The position numbers and the translations under genes are program-made. The notes under the pieces are model-generated. The model had not been told where the DNA came from, searched no databases, and saw only the letters and a list, made by a program, of their open reading frames with translations. From contig CAVRFW010000010.1 of the NCBI GenBank assembly GCA_963720565.1, forward strand, positions 1 to 59,949: a stretch of 59,949 nucleotides of DNA, in the 5' to 3' direction. This DNA comes from Candidatus Bathyarchaeota archaeon. GTDB lineage: Archaea; Thermoproteota; Bathyarchaeia; Bathyarchaeales; Bathycorpusculaceae. Below are positions 47,421 to 59,200 of the stretch, one piece after another. How positions within the stretch are numbered: position 1 is the stretch's first letter; each line of letters starts with the position of its first letter.

Positions 47421-49154
47421 TTATCCTCCGGCCTCTTCTCTGTTCTGCAGTGCTTTGCTGATTTCGTCCACCGTTAACATGGGCGGTAGTCCTAGTAGTT
47501 TGCTTAGTCTGACGGAGCCAGGAGGTTCAAGGCTTGCTGAATGCAGAACCTCTTCTTGGGATAGGACCATGTGTGGTTCGCCGTCTAGGAGGATTTTTCC
47601 GTTGTTGATTATGACTACTCTGCTTGCGTGTTCGGCTGCGAAGTTTATGTCGTGAGTGATGACGACTATGGCGAGACCCTCTTTACTCATGCCTTTGAGC
47701 ATGCTTACGAGTGAGTTGATTCGGCTTGAGTCTTGTCCGAGCGTGGGCTCGTCGAGTATGAGCACTTTAGGCTTCATGGATAAGACAGAGGCAACGGCTA
47801 AGCCGATTTTTTGTCCTCTGCTCAGCGTCTGTGGGTCACGGTCCCTGAACTGTTCAAGCTGCATAAGTCTAAGGGTGTTCTCAACCCTGGCCTCTGTCTC
47901 TTCTTTGCTGAGGTTCAGGTGTCGAGGACCGAATGCGATTTCGTCTTTCACAGTCCTGCAGAAAAGCTGGTTATCCGGGTTTTGGAATGTGTAGCCCACG
48001 GTTCTTGCGAGGTCAGCTTTACCCTGACGGGCGATGTCTCCGCCGTTCATGACGATTCTTCCTTTGCTTGGTTTAAGCTGTCCTGCCATTAGGCGCGCGA
48101 GAGTGGTTTTGCCGGCGCCGTTGCTTCCTAGAATTGTGATGAACTCGCCAGGTGCTATCTGGAGGTTGATGTCTTCTAGTGCTTTGGTGCCGTCCAGGTA
48201 AGTGTAGCTTAGCCCCTCAATTCTCATCAACAGATTCTTCGGAGGGCTCTTTTCGCCCTGCAAGCCAAGAGAGGACGCGTCAATGCCGTTTTTGGGTCTC
48301 GTGCCTGCGGCGAAGGTTAGCGGCAGTTGGGCTTCGAATTCGGTGGTGTTCAAGGTCAGGGTGTTCATTAGTCCTTTTTTGACGAGTTCCTGGCTCAGTT
48401 TCAGGGCCTCGGGCACTCTTAGGTCTAGCCATTCCTCGTCTAGTTTTCCTTTTTTGAAAACCTCATCAGTTGGACCGTGTGCAACGATTTCTCCGTCTTT
48501 CAATAGTGCGGCGGTCTTGACGTAGCCTAAAACGTGCTCGAGTTTGTGCTCTATTAGGATCACGGTGATGCCGTATTCCTCGTTGAGGATCTTGAGGGTG
48601 CGTAGAATTTCTTGGCATCCTGTGGGGTCAAGTTCTGAGAGAGGCTCGTCGAGCACCAGGATTTTAGGCAGCATCGAGAGGCTTGACGCGATGACGGTTT
48701 TGTGTTTCTCTCCGCCTGACAAGTTGAAGGTGTACTTGTGCCGCAGATCGTTCAGTCTAACCGCGTTCAAAGCCTTTTCTACGCGATTTTCAATCTCCGC
48801 TCTTGGCAGGCCAAGGTTTTCGGGGCCGAATGCGATTTCGTCTTCCACGTCTAAGGCACAGAGCTGGTTTTCTGCGTTCTGAAAAACCAGTCCAATATAC
48901 TGGGCCATCTGGTAGACTTCGTATTGCCTGGTGTCTTTTCCGTCGACGAGGACGGTTCCTTTCATGTCGCCAACTATTACCTGGGGAATTAATCCGGTTA
49001 GGCATAATGCTAGGGTTGATTTGCCGGATCCTGTTGGGCCGGCGATGAGTGTGAAGTCGCCCTCTTTCACTTCCAAGTTTATGTTTTTCAGAGCATACTG
49101 TGTTGCTCCGGGGTGTGTGTAGTAGAGGTTCTCGGTTGAGAGAATGCTTGCCAT
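47421..49154 (-). CDS. ecfA: ECF transporter fused double ATPase (A-A')
   Basis: Two ABC domains: GPTGSGKS / LSGGEK / LDEP and GSNGAGKT / FQNPDNQ / LSRGQK / LDEPT. Confidence 0.93.
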   Translation of the reverse strand: MASILSTENLYYTHPGATQYALKNINLEVKEGDFTLIAGPTGSGKSTLALCLTGLIPQVIVGDMKGTVLVDGKDTRQYEVYQMAQYIGLVFQNAENQLCALDVEDEIAFGPENLGLPRAEIENRVEKALNAVRLNDLRHKYTFNLSGGEKHKTVIASSLSMLPKILVLDEPLSELDPTGCQEILRTLKILNEEYGITVILIEHKLEHVLGYVKTAALLKDGEIVAHGPTDEVFKKGKLDEEWLDLRVPEALKLSQELVKKGLMNTLTLNTTEFEAQLPLTFAAGTRPKNGIDASSLGLQGEKSPPKNLLMRIEGLSYTYLDGTKALEDINLQIAPGEFITILGSNGAGKTTLARLMAGQLKPSKGRIVMNGGDIARQGKADLARTVGYTFQNPDNQLFCRTVKDEIAFGPRHLNLSKEETEARVENTLRLMQLEQFRDRDPQTLSRGQKIGLAVASVLSMKPKVLILDEPTLGQDSSRINSLVSMLKGMSKEGLAIVVITHDINFAAEHASRVVIINNGKILLDGEPHMVLSQEEVLHSASLEPPGSVRLSKLLGLPPMLTVDEISKALQNREEAGG

Positions 49155-49308
49155 TCTGATCACTGGTGAAATTGGAAGACTGCGGGCGCGCTAGAATTTT
49201 TTGACATTTGCTGGTTCCGTGCCGATTAATGGATTGTTTGGCGCGATTCATATAAGAGTTACTAGAAAAACATAATAACCAAAAGCGCAAAACAACCCTT
49301 GAGGAGAA

Positions 49309-50025
49309 ATGGATTTGAAGGTTTCGAGTATAGTAGTTGCGGCTATAGCGATAATAGTGTCTTTAGGTTTTCTGTTGTTTTTCACATCTTATTGGGAGAC
49401 TGTGGGTTGGGTTGGCCTTTGGGCCTATGTGGGCATCATGATCGCTGTTTTCGGCGCCTTGTTACTCGTAGCTATGAAGATGGGTGTTGAGAGGAGCCCG
49501 TTGAAAACCATTGACTTCGCGATAATCGCGATGTTTGTTGCTTTGATGACTGTGGTTGATTTCGGGTCCATGTTTGTCCCTGGGCTTACGATGCTCTGGG
49601 TTGCGATTCCGCAGATTGCGGGTGCAGTCCTGTTCTATTTCCCATTGGGCATTGCCATGGCCGCGGCCTTGAAGCTTAGTCCGAAGCCGGGATCGGCCTT
49701 CACGCTTATTCTCGTTTACAGCATAATAGGTCAGGTGTTCTTCTTCAATCCGATATGGTTTGCTAGAAGCATCATAGCCGCCTTGGCGATTGAAGCTTTC
49801 TATCTCTCCTCAAAACGCGGCACGGTGAGCTCGCTCACGCTCATGGGCCTCATGTTTGGAATACTCTACAGCGTGACGGGAATAATATTCCAGATCTACA
49901 CCTGGGGCTACTGGCAACCCCTATTCGTGACGCTTCCAGAGGCAGTAATAGCTGGTATCCTGATGGCGGTCGGCAGCTTCCTTGGCTTCGCGCTGGGAGA
50001 ACGCGCCAAAACAGTAATGTACTAA
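49309..50025 (+). CDS. Probable ECF substrate-specific S component
   Basis: About 7-8 TMs, LKTIDFAIIAMF and LSPKPGSA motifs; divergent from ecfAT. Confidence 0.7.
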   Translation: MDLKVSSIVVAAIAIIVSLGFLLFFTSYWETVGWVGLWAYVGIMIAVFGALLLVAMKMGVERSPLKTIDFAIIAMFVALMTVVDFGSMFVPGLTMLWVAIPQIAGAVLFYFPLGIAMAAALKLSPKPGSAFTLILVYSIIGQVFFFNPIWFARSIIAALAIEAFYLSSKRGTVSSLTLMGLMFGILYSVTGIIFQIYTWGYWQPLFVTLPEAVIAGILMAVGSFLGFALGERAKTVMY

Positions 50026-50051
50026 GAAAGGAATGACAGAGGGAAAACAAA

Positions 50052-50267
50052 TTGGACAAAAAAACGGTCTTTGCAATTATTGTCGGCATAGCAGTCGTAC
50101 TCTATGCTATACTCATCGTGAACCAAACGGGCATCCTGAACGTCGGCGATCTTTTCGGATACATATACTACGTGTTAATCGCCGTTGCAGTAATTGCGGC
50201 CGTATGGCTTCTGGTTGGCAAACGTGGAAAAAGCTCGGTTCCCCCACAAGCCGAAGCCGAGAAATAG
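50052..50267 (+). CDS. Small two-TM membrane protein
   Basis: Two hydrophobic helices; directly follows the S component. Confidence 0.65.
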   Translation: MDKKTVFAIIVGIAVVLYAILIVNQTGILNVGDLFGYIYYVLIAVAVIAAVWLLVGKRGKSSVPPQAEAEK

Positions 50268-50448
50268 CGCCTTCGCGCAAAGATCCGTCCTATCAGCAAG
50301 AAAAGCAAACACTGACAGTGAGAGCAGCCCGCTCTCAAACCAGCATTGGAAAAGTGCTGCACTTTTAGAACTTGGCTTGTTTGCTTTAGTGTTTCTCTTA
50401 GGTGTGTTGAGTGCTTGAGGGAGAATATTAGACAGCGCGCGTGCAGAC

Positions 50449-50604
50449 TCAGTCGCTTTCACGAGTAGCTTCTTGTTCTCTCTGTTTTCTTTCTTTTTCT
50501 TCTTTCTTGAATTTTGTCGATGTGGTGTATACTTCTATGCCTTCAGGTGGTGTACTGAATCGTTTTTCGGGGATGCGACGCTTGTTTTTAGGAGGTTTTG
50601 CCAT
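50449..50604 (-). CDS. Small charged protein (51 aa, absent from the ORF track)
   Basis: MAKPPKNKRRIPEKRFSTPPEGIEVYTTSTKFKKEEKERKQREQEATRESD*. Confidence 0.5.
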   Translation of the reverse strand: MAKPPKNKRRIPEKRFSTPPEGIEVYTTSTKFKKEEKERKQREQEATRESD

Positions 50605-50983
50605 AATTATCGTTTGTAGATAGTTTTTTTAAGCAAATAACTTTTGTGTAACTTTCCATAGCTTGCGCTAGGCTGGACTTTGGGCCTTTTTTTTCCTGAA
50701 TTCTTCAATTGTTTGAGGCTTCTTTCGTCCATCAAGCGCATGATGAAACGCCAAACCAGGAGCGCGCTAGACGGAAAAATTGCTTAAAAAGATCTGTAGA
50801 AGAGTGTTCTATTGCTTTAGTTGTCCACGAATTTTCTTGATATCTTCTAGGCCTTTCGCTTCTCCTCCGCGCGGTTCCTCGGGCATACACAGGGAATGGA
50901 CGTGTATGTGTGCCGCTACAGTCACATTCCTTTATACCACTCCAAGCCTATCTTTTGGATGACTTGGAATAGGTGTTTTAGCT

Positions 50984-51265
50984 TTGAAAGTTGACAAGAT
51001 GAAAGGAATGAGAGTGATTACTGCCGATGCTTTCGCTCTCGGAGAAGTTGGAGGAGCTGTTGCAGACCCAAAGACTTGGCAAATAACCCATTTGGATTTA
51101 GAACTTAGCAAAGAGGCCATAAAGGAATTTGGGTTTAAGAAGCCCATGCTCGGTTCTTTGTACGTTTGTTTGCCCGTAACTGCAGTTAATCAAGTCGGCG
51201 ACGTAATAACCCTCAACCAATCTCTTCTGGAGTTTAAGAATCTTCCAGAATGCAAACCTGAGTAA
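50984..51265 (+). CDS. PRC-barrel domain protein
   Basis: MKGMRVITADA..LGEV...DPKTWQITHL...VNQVGDVITL. Confidence 0.85.
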   Translation: MKVDKMKGMRVITADAFALGEVGGAVADPKTWQITHLDLELSKEAIKEFGFKKPMLGSLYVCLPVTAVNQVGDVITLNQSLLEFKNLPECKPE

Positions 51266-51372
51266 ACACTCAACTTACTCTCTTTTTTTTCAAACGAAAA
51301 TTACGAATGGGTCTCACAGTTCCTTATCAGTCATCACAAAACTGAAATATTCCAAGAATGTGAGGTCTTAAT

Positions 51373-51949
51373 ATGAAACCTCTGAAGCGAGTTTTGATTT
51401 TAGCAGCAAGCCCGCGTAAGAATGGCAATAGTACCATTCTGGCATTAAAAGCTGCAGAGGGGGTCAAAGCCGAAGGCGGCGAAGCGGATGTAGTAGAGAT
51501 AGGCCATCTAAAGATTGCCCCCTGTAATGCGTGTGATTCATGTATAACCAAACCAGAGGCTGGATGCGTCATCAAGGACGATATGCAGCCATTATATCAA
51601 AAAATCAGAGACGCACAGGGAATCATATTCGCCACCCCAGTCTATTGGTTCAACATGTCCGCGCAGATGAAACTACTCATCGATCGAGCATATGCGATAC
51701 AAGACAAAGGCTACTGGGCATTTACAGGGAAAGACGTTGGAGTGATCCTGACTTACGGCGACGAGGACGTTTTCGCCTCAGGCGGGATCAATGCGTTACG
51801 TTCTTTCCAGGATATATGTGCTTTTGTCAAAGCCAATCTCGTGGGAACGGTCTACGGTAGCGCAGATAAGGCGGGAGATGTTCAAACCAACGGAAGAACT
51901 ACTGCAAAAAGCCTATGATTTGGGCAAAAAACTTGTAAATCCAAAATAG
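51373..51949 (+). CDS. Iron-sulfur flavoprotein / FMN reductase family (3' frameshift)
   Basis: ASPRKNGNS, CNACDSC...CVIKDDM, ATPVYWF; tail LQKAYDLGKKL lies in another frame. Confidence 0.88.
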
Positions 51950-52103
51950 TGCAAGCGTTGTTCTTTCTCAAACAAATACCGCTGGATTGGCGGTTTTTAA
52001 TGGAGGTGGGAGAGGCCTTCTCCTTTGTTCCTCGTTTCTTTCTTGCGAGGGCGTTTCAAGATGGGGTGCTGACTGCTTTCTGGGGTTTGGTGTATTTTTG
52101 GCT

Positions 52104-52502
52104 TTAGGCTTGAATGGTTGGGTTTCTTCTTGTTCGGCCGTAGGAGGGGGAGGGCATTACAACGGTGGCTTCAGGGGTAGAGGTTTTTGATAGGGTTCTG
52201 GTGATTAGGTTTAGTGAGTTTTCGGTGAAGGATAGCAGGTTCTGGCCTTCAGCGGTGAGGGCGTAGACTTTGCGTGGTCTTTCATGGGTCATGTCCCATT
52301 CGCTTTTTACTTGTCCTTTCTTCTCTAGCATACCCAATAGGGGGTAGACGGTGCTTGGGCCGAAGTAGACGCCGAAGCTTCGACGTATGTTGGTGATTAT
52401 CTGGTAACCGTGCATGGGCTCGTTTCTCAGCAGTTGGAGGACGATCATGTCGAGTAGGCCTTTGGTTAGTTTTGTTTGGGCTTCTTTTTGGGGGTTGTTC
52501 AT
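52104..52502 (-). CDS. PadR family transcriptional regulator
   Basis: KGLLDMIVLQLL..EPMHGYQI...GPSTVYPLL...RPRKVYALTAEG. Confidence 0.92.
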   Translation of the reverse strand: MNNPQKEAQTKLTKGLLDMIVLQLLRNEPMHGYQIITNIRRSFGVYFGPSTVYPLLGMLEKKGQVKSEWDMTHERPRKVYALTAEGQNLLSFTENSLNLITRTLSKTSTPEATVVMPSPSYGRTRRNPTIQA

Positions 52503-53041
52503 TTTTTGTTTTTCTCCTTGTTGTATTTTTGTTCTACACGTGTACGATAGGTCTTTCTTGAGACATATGTCGTACGATACTATCAATGCACGAACATCGA
52601 TTTAACGATAGAGGCATACACCAAGCATACCGAAACATACTTGGAGGAGCCTGAAAACCGAAAACGCAACATATCAGACCCCGAAATAGCCCCAAAACCA
52701 GCATATCACGAAGCATGATTGAACTGTACAACAGGTACGCGAAAAACCGTTAAAACTCCATCAAAAACATACACTATCAATACAGATCCAAAATCCATCA
52801 AAAACCATAGAAAGAGCACTATAGGAAGCTGCCCGCGCAACCTGCAAGCCAAGTTCAATCCCGCAGGTTCAAAACATGAGCTTTGCGGGCTATGTTCTTA
52901 GCCTGCGCTTGAGACAAGTATTTTGCGATTGCTAACATCAGAATTTTACTTTTTGAGTATCTACTTTTTTATAGTTTGAAATTATTTGTTTATGATAGAC
53001 TAACACGTCAATTAGAAGTGTCGGGTGAAGGGTGACGTTAT

Positions 53042-55635
53042 ATGGATTTGAATAATTTTACTATTAAGTCGCAGGAAGCCATTCAGAAAGCAACGGAAAT
53101 TGCCTTGGCAGCACAGAATCAGGCAGTTGAGCCTTCGCATTTGCTGAAGGGAATATTGATGGTTGATGAGAATGCGGCTCCCTATTTGCTGCGGAAGTTG
53201 AATGTGAACTTTGAGGCTTTTTCGAAGGCGCTCGATAAACAAGTTGATTCCCTGCCTAAGGTCAGCGGTGGACAACAGTATCTCTCCTCTAATTCTAATC
53301 GGGCTCTTCAGAAGGCATCTGGAGATAGCTTCAGAATTCAAGGATGAGTTCATTTCTATCGAGCATCTGTTGTTGGGAATCTTGGCTCAGAATGATGCTG
53401 CTTCGAGACTGCTTGTGAGTAATGGGGTCTCTGAGAAGGGTTTGAGGGAGGCTATCAAGCAGTTGCGTAAGGGATCGACTGTTACTTCTCAGACTGCTGA
53501 GGAGACTTATAATTCGCTGAACAAGTTTGCGTTGAACCTGAATGATTTGGCTAGGAGAGGTAAGCTTGATCCGGTTATTGGTCGCGACGAGGAGATACGC
53601 AGGGTCCTTCAGATCTTGTCGCGGAGAACAAAGAATAATCCGATTCTGATCGGGGAGCCTGGTGTTGGCAAAACTGCGATCGTGGAGGGGCTTGCTCGCC
53701 GCATAATTGATGGTGATGTGCCGGAGAATCTGAAGTCTAAGCAGATTTTTTCGTTGGATATGGGTGCTTTGATTGCTGGTGCGAAGTTTAAGGGTGAGTT
53801 TGAAGAGCGGTTGAAGAGCGTTGTCAAGGAGGTTGTTTCGGCTGAGGGCGATATTGTGCTGTTTATCGATGAGATTCACACGCTCGTCGGAGCTGGTGCC
53901 AGTGAGGGGGCGATGGATGCGGCTAACATTCTGAAGCCTGCGTTGTCTAGGGGGGACTTGCGTGCGATCGGTGCTACTACTCTGAAGGAGTATCAGAAGT
54001 ATTTTGAGAAGGACAAGGCTCTTGAGAGGCGGTTCCAGCCGGTTATGGTTAATGAGCCGGACACGTTGGATGCTATTTCCATTCTTCGAGGTCTGAAAGA
54101 GCGTTATGAAACGTATCATCACGTCAGGATCAAGGATGAGGCGATAATTGCTGCTGTTGAGCTTTCGCAGAGGTACATTTCGGACCGTTTCCTTCCGGAC
54201 AAGGCGATTGATTTGATTGATGAGGCGGCCTCTAAACTTCGGCTTGAAATTAATTCTGCTCCTGAAGAACTGGAGACGATAGATCGGAAGATTCGCCAGC
54301 TGGAGATTGAACGTGAAGCCATTAAACGCGAGAAAGATGAGGAGAAGCTAAAGTCGCTTAATGAGGAGATCGCGAACCTCAGTGAAAAACGTGGTCAGCT
54401 GAAGGCTAAGTGGCAGTCTGAAAAGGATCTGGTTGAACAGATTCAGATCAAAGAAGAATGAGATCGAACAACTCAAGTTTGAAGATGAGAGGGCAAACCG
54501 TGCTGGTGATATTGGAAAGGTTGCGGAAATTCGCTACGGCAGAATTCCGGAAGCAGAAAAAGCGATTGAGAGTTTGAAGAAGAAGCTGTCTGAGTTGCAG
54601 AAGGATTCAGCCCTGATCAATGAGGAAGTTGATGCTGAAGAGATCGCTGAAGTAGTTTCCCGCTGGACAGGTATCCCGGTTAGCCGAATGCTCCAGACTG
54701 AAAAGCAGAAGTTGCTCAACATAGAAACGGAGCTTCACATGAGGGTTGTCGGGCAGGAAGAAGCAATCAGTGCGGTGTCAGATGCTATTAGGAGAAACCG
54801 TGCAGGTTTGCAGGATCCGAAACGGCCGATTGGGTCTTTTATCTTCTTGGGTACCACAGGGGTTGGCAAGACCGAGTTGGCGAAGGCTCTGGCTGAATTC
54901 CTATTCAACAACGAGAATAACATGGTTAGGATTGACATGTCTGAGTATCAGGAGCGGCATACTGTTTCAAGACTCGTTGGTGCACCTCCTGGATACGTGG
55001 GTTATGAGGAAAGTGGACAGTTAACCGAGGCTGTTAGGAGAAAGCCTTACGCTGTTGTGCTTCTCGACGAGATTGAAAAGGCGCATCCGGACGTGTTCAA
55101 TATTTTGCTTCAGGTGCTTGACGACGGCAGATTGACTGATAACAAGGGCCGAACCGTGGATTTCAAAAATACCATAATCATAATGACCTCAAACATTGGC
55201 TCTCACATAATTCAGGAGAACATGGAGAAATTGAACGAGCGAAATCGTGAAGAAATCTTAGATCAGACACGCGAACAGGTCTTTGATTTGCTGAAAAAGA
55301 GCATAAGGCCGGAGTTTTTGAATCGTGTCGATGAGATAATCATGTTTCAAGCGTTGACTCGGGAGGAAGTGCGGAGAATAGTAGAGCTTCAGCTGGAAAG
55401 AGTCCAGAAGATGATGGAAAAGAGCGGCATCAAACTGTCTGCCACTAAGAAAGCCGTGGATTTCATCGCCAATATCGGTTTTGACCCTCAGTTCGGTGCC
55501 AGGCCGATAAAACGTGTTATCCAAAAGAACGTGTTGAACGAACTGTCAAAAATGATCCTAGAAGAAAAAGTCGATAAAAACTCGGTAATTGTTGTCGATG
55601 AAAAGAACGGAGCATTGATATTCAAGAATAAGTGA
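53042..55635 (+). CDS. clpB: ATP-dependent disaggregase ClpB (frameshifts near 53320 and 54452)
   Basis: Clp-N domain, [27 protein letters not shown], long M-domain, [24 protein letters not shown]. Confidence 0.95.
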
Positions 55636-55775
55636 CTTAGCAAAAGGATTTTGAGCGTTCGCTAATTCTATTTTTAATCTTTTCTAGAGGGTTATAGAGT
55701 CCTATTCTATCTGAGTAATATTCTCGCTGTGAAACCTTCCTTATATGCAGTTTCTCTCTCTGTGTATTGTGAAGG

Positions 55776-56009
55776 TTGAGGAGAATGGAGAAGGCATTTC
55801 TCAACGAAGAAAAGCTAATAGAGATTCTATCCCGTAGAAAGAAGCTCACAGAAGGCCAGACTGTAATACTCGACAAGCTAAGAAACAGGGAAAAACTCAC
55901 TGCTACCGAGTTCTGGAGCGTCTTCGAGTTGATTCGGCAAGAAGGCCCGGAAGTTCACTTCCCCTATCCAGATAGCAAGATCCGCACTCTTGAGTACTTC
56001 AATAACTGA
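55776..56009 (+). CDS. Hypothetical protein
   Basis: 77-aa ORF with natural composition. Confidence 0.5.
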   Translation: MRRMEKAFLNEEKLIEILSRRKKLTEGQTVILDKLRNREKLTATEFWSVFELIRQEGPEVHFPYPDSKIRTLEYFNN

Positions 56010-56236
56010 ATGTGCACGCGCTAATACCGCCCGCGCTCGCTGGCCAATAAGTGTTCTCTTTAGCAGGCGGCTTTCTTGTTCTGAATCCTAGGTTAGCATT
56101 TTTGACTTTTTTGGCTGCGTCGAAGCTGAGTTGGTGCTGTTGCAGTATGAAAAGCCTTTTCAGCGCTCATTGAATACTAAGAGTTCGGAGGAGCGCAGGA
56201 ATTTCAATTGGAAGCTACGGTTGGTGATGGACAGGC

Positions 56237-59200
56237 TTGAGGGCTGGAGTTCTGGCTGAACCGGTTCTGGTTGGCAGAGAACACGAACTCGACCTGCTAC
56301 AGTGTTTTCTGACTTCAACCTTGGAAGGGAAAGGCAAGACAGTGTTCATCTCGGGCGAGGCAGGTAGCGGAAAAACGAGGCTTGTCCGAGAATTCTTAAA
56401 ACTATCGAATGGGAAAGGCTTGAGCGTGATGACCGGTTGGTGCCTCAGCGATTTAGCACGCGCCGTATTTTCCGTTCGTTGAGGCCTTCAACTCGTACTT
56501 TTCCTCCTCCGAGGAGCAGCAAGAACAGTCAGCAAATCTGCAGCTGCCTAACGCTCTATCGAGCGTTGCTGGACCGGAGAGGATTGTGAGTAGAGAAAAA
56601 GGAATAACTTCATGGCTTACTGGACCGGCGAATCTCGGGAAGACTGTGAAGCAAGAAACGGTTTCGCCTCAAGTTTGGAAAGATCAGGTCTACGCGAGTG
56701 TTGTTGGAATGCTTCACGAAATTTCCGCTCAGACACCAGTTATCTTGTTTCTTGAGGATGTTCACTGGGCTGACTCTGCCTCTATGCGTTGCTGCATTAT
56801 GTTGCACGATCTGTGAGTGATACCGAAAGAATACTTGTATTGGCAACTTTTAGGAGCGACGAACTTACAACTGATGCTGAAGGGCATCCGCACCCACTCG
56901 CCGAGACCTTGCGAATGATGAAGCGCGAAGACCTGTTCACGGAAATCAAACTGCAAAACCTCAGTCAGGCGAGCGTTGCAGAAATTGCGAAGAACATGAT
57001 TGGCGGCAACTTGCAGCAGCAGTTGGCGGAGAGATTGGTGACTGAAAGCAGGGGCAACCCGCTGTTTGTTGTGGAATCGCTGCGGATGTTGAACGAACGC
57101 AGAAGCCTGGTTGAGGAAAACAATGAGTGGCGCCTTGCCATTGGCGAATTAGGCATCCCCTCCAAGATTAGGGATATTATCCTGCGAAGGTTAGCTGCGC
57201 TGAATTTTGCCCAGAGAAGAGTACTTGATGCTGCTTCGGTCATCGGTGAGAAATTCGATGTGGCACTCCTCAGCGCTGTCCTTGGAATGGACAATCTGGA
57301 AGTTCTGGAAACATTGAATATGATTTCGCGTTCCACTTTGACTAGTCAGCATAGAGGAAAACTGTTACATGTTTGACCACGCTCGATCTAAAGAGAAACA
57401 CTTTACACAGAGCTTTCACCGCCGCTGAAAAGGGGATACCACCTGCGCGTTGCGGAGAGGCTGGAGAGCATGGCCCGAAAAGAGCAGTTTACCGTACGCT
57501 GAAAAATGGCGCATCATTTCTCTCAAGCTGGAAACACTCAGAAAGCTGTGAAATGCGCTTTGTCGGCCGGAAAAGCTTCCCTGGAAAGATTCAGCAATGC
57601 TGAGGCAATCAAGCATTTTGCCTATGTGCTGCAGGCAATACCCGAAACGCAAGAGAACACTAATTCTAGAAGAATTGCGCTGGAAGGGCTAGGGGACGCT
57701 TACTACGCCAACCGCAGATATGAAGACGCTATAAGAACGTTCGAAATCCTTGCCAATTCAGCCAATGGGGCACTGAAACAACGAGCCTACATAAAAGAGA
57801 TGGAAGCAGTTTGGTTCAAAGGCTCCGACCCTAAAGTTCTGTTTGAATTAGCCAAGAAAGCTGAGGCTGACATCGGTTCAGTACGTCTGGGGAGAGCATA
57901 TGTTCATCACAACAAGGGTCGCGCGCTTCTCCACATGAAGGACCTTCCGGGAACCTTGAGGGAGCACGAAGAAGCCCTCCGTATTTTTAAGGAAGAGTAT
58001 TTTCTTCCAAAAGTTGCCGATTTAACCTTTGCAATTGGAACCATCCACGCGATGCTTAAAATGCTGAAAAAAGGGTTTGGCGAGATGCTGCAAGGGCTAA
58101 ACATGTTTCACGAATTGGGAGATTCGCGCGGAGAGATGATGGTGGCGCGTCTAGGATTGGGTCAATTCTTCTTCACAGCTGCCTTTTTCAGGATGCTGCA
58201 GGGTATTTCCGACTTGCGTTTCAGATCGGTGAAAAGATAGGTGCATACGATGATACTGGCCAGGCATACGATTGGCTAGGCTCGAGTCAAGTATTCACAC
58301 ACCCAGAAAAAGCGGACGTCGCATTATCTCACACACTTAAAGCTTTAGAATACGTCCAGAAGACAGATGCCGAAAAAAGGAAATGGGAGCTTTATTGTTC
58401 CCTTGTTATCCGATACGCTATGCTTGGAGATTCGGCCAGGGCAGAAGAATTCTTTGCCAAGCTCATGATAGCACCGAAACAACAGAAACATCTTGAAGAG
58501 TCACTATACCTCGTCTTTCCCAAATAGCCATTCTCTGCGTTAAGAGGGCGGTGGGAAGAGGCAGAAAAGGAATTTGAAAAAAATGAAGCTTCAAGTTACT
58601 CGCTCGGCTGGCAAATGATATTAGTAGTTCTCATGCGTGGGCTTTGGACAAACAGGGCAAGGTTGAAGCTGCAAAAGCTCAGTTGAGCGAAATTCAACGT
58701 TTGACGCGGGAAGCTGAAAGGAGTTTTGCGCATGTCAATCTGCAGGCAAGCTTGATGGTGAAAAAGGAACTTGTAGCTGGTGAAGAGTTTGAATTGCGTC
58801 TTGACTTGGTTAATGTCGCAAGGAGCTCTGGTAGCGTCGTTAGAATCGAAGGTATGGTCCATGCTGAGTTCCAAGTCCAAGCTCTGCCTGCTTTTTGCAC
58901 TTTGCAGGGAAGTTCCCTTATAACCACGGAGAAAATCATTGGTTCTTTTCAGGTAGTGACAATTAAGGTCAAGCTAAAGGCAACGGAAGGCATCTACAGG
59001 CTTGCTCCTAAAATCACTTATATCGATGATTTAGGTGAAAACAAAACATGCCAAGTAGAGCCAAGCACAATTAATGTCCGTTCAGCAGAGCCAGCATATG
59101 AAGTTTTGCCAAACCGGATGACAACTGGCTACTCGGCGCTAGACCATCTTCTGTTTGGGGGCATACCTCAAGACAACGCCGTCATTCTGTCTTCGCCTTC

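Noticed and set aside
53300..54460. Programmed frameshifting in clpB
   Set aside because: No clear slippery-site or structure signal, and similar indels occur throughout the window
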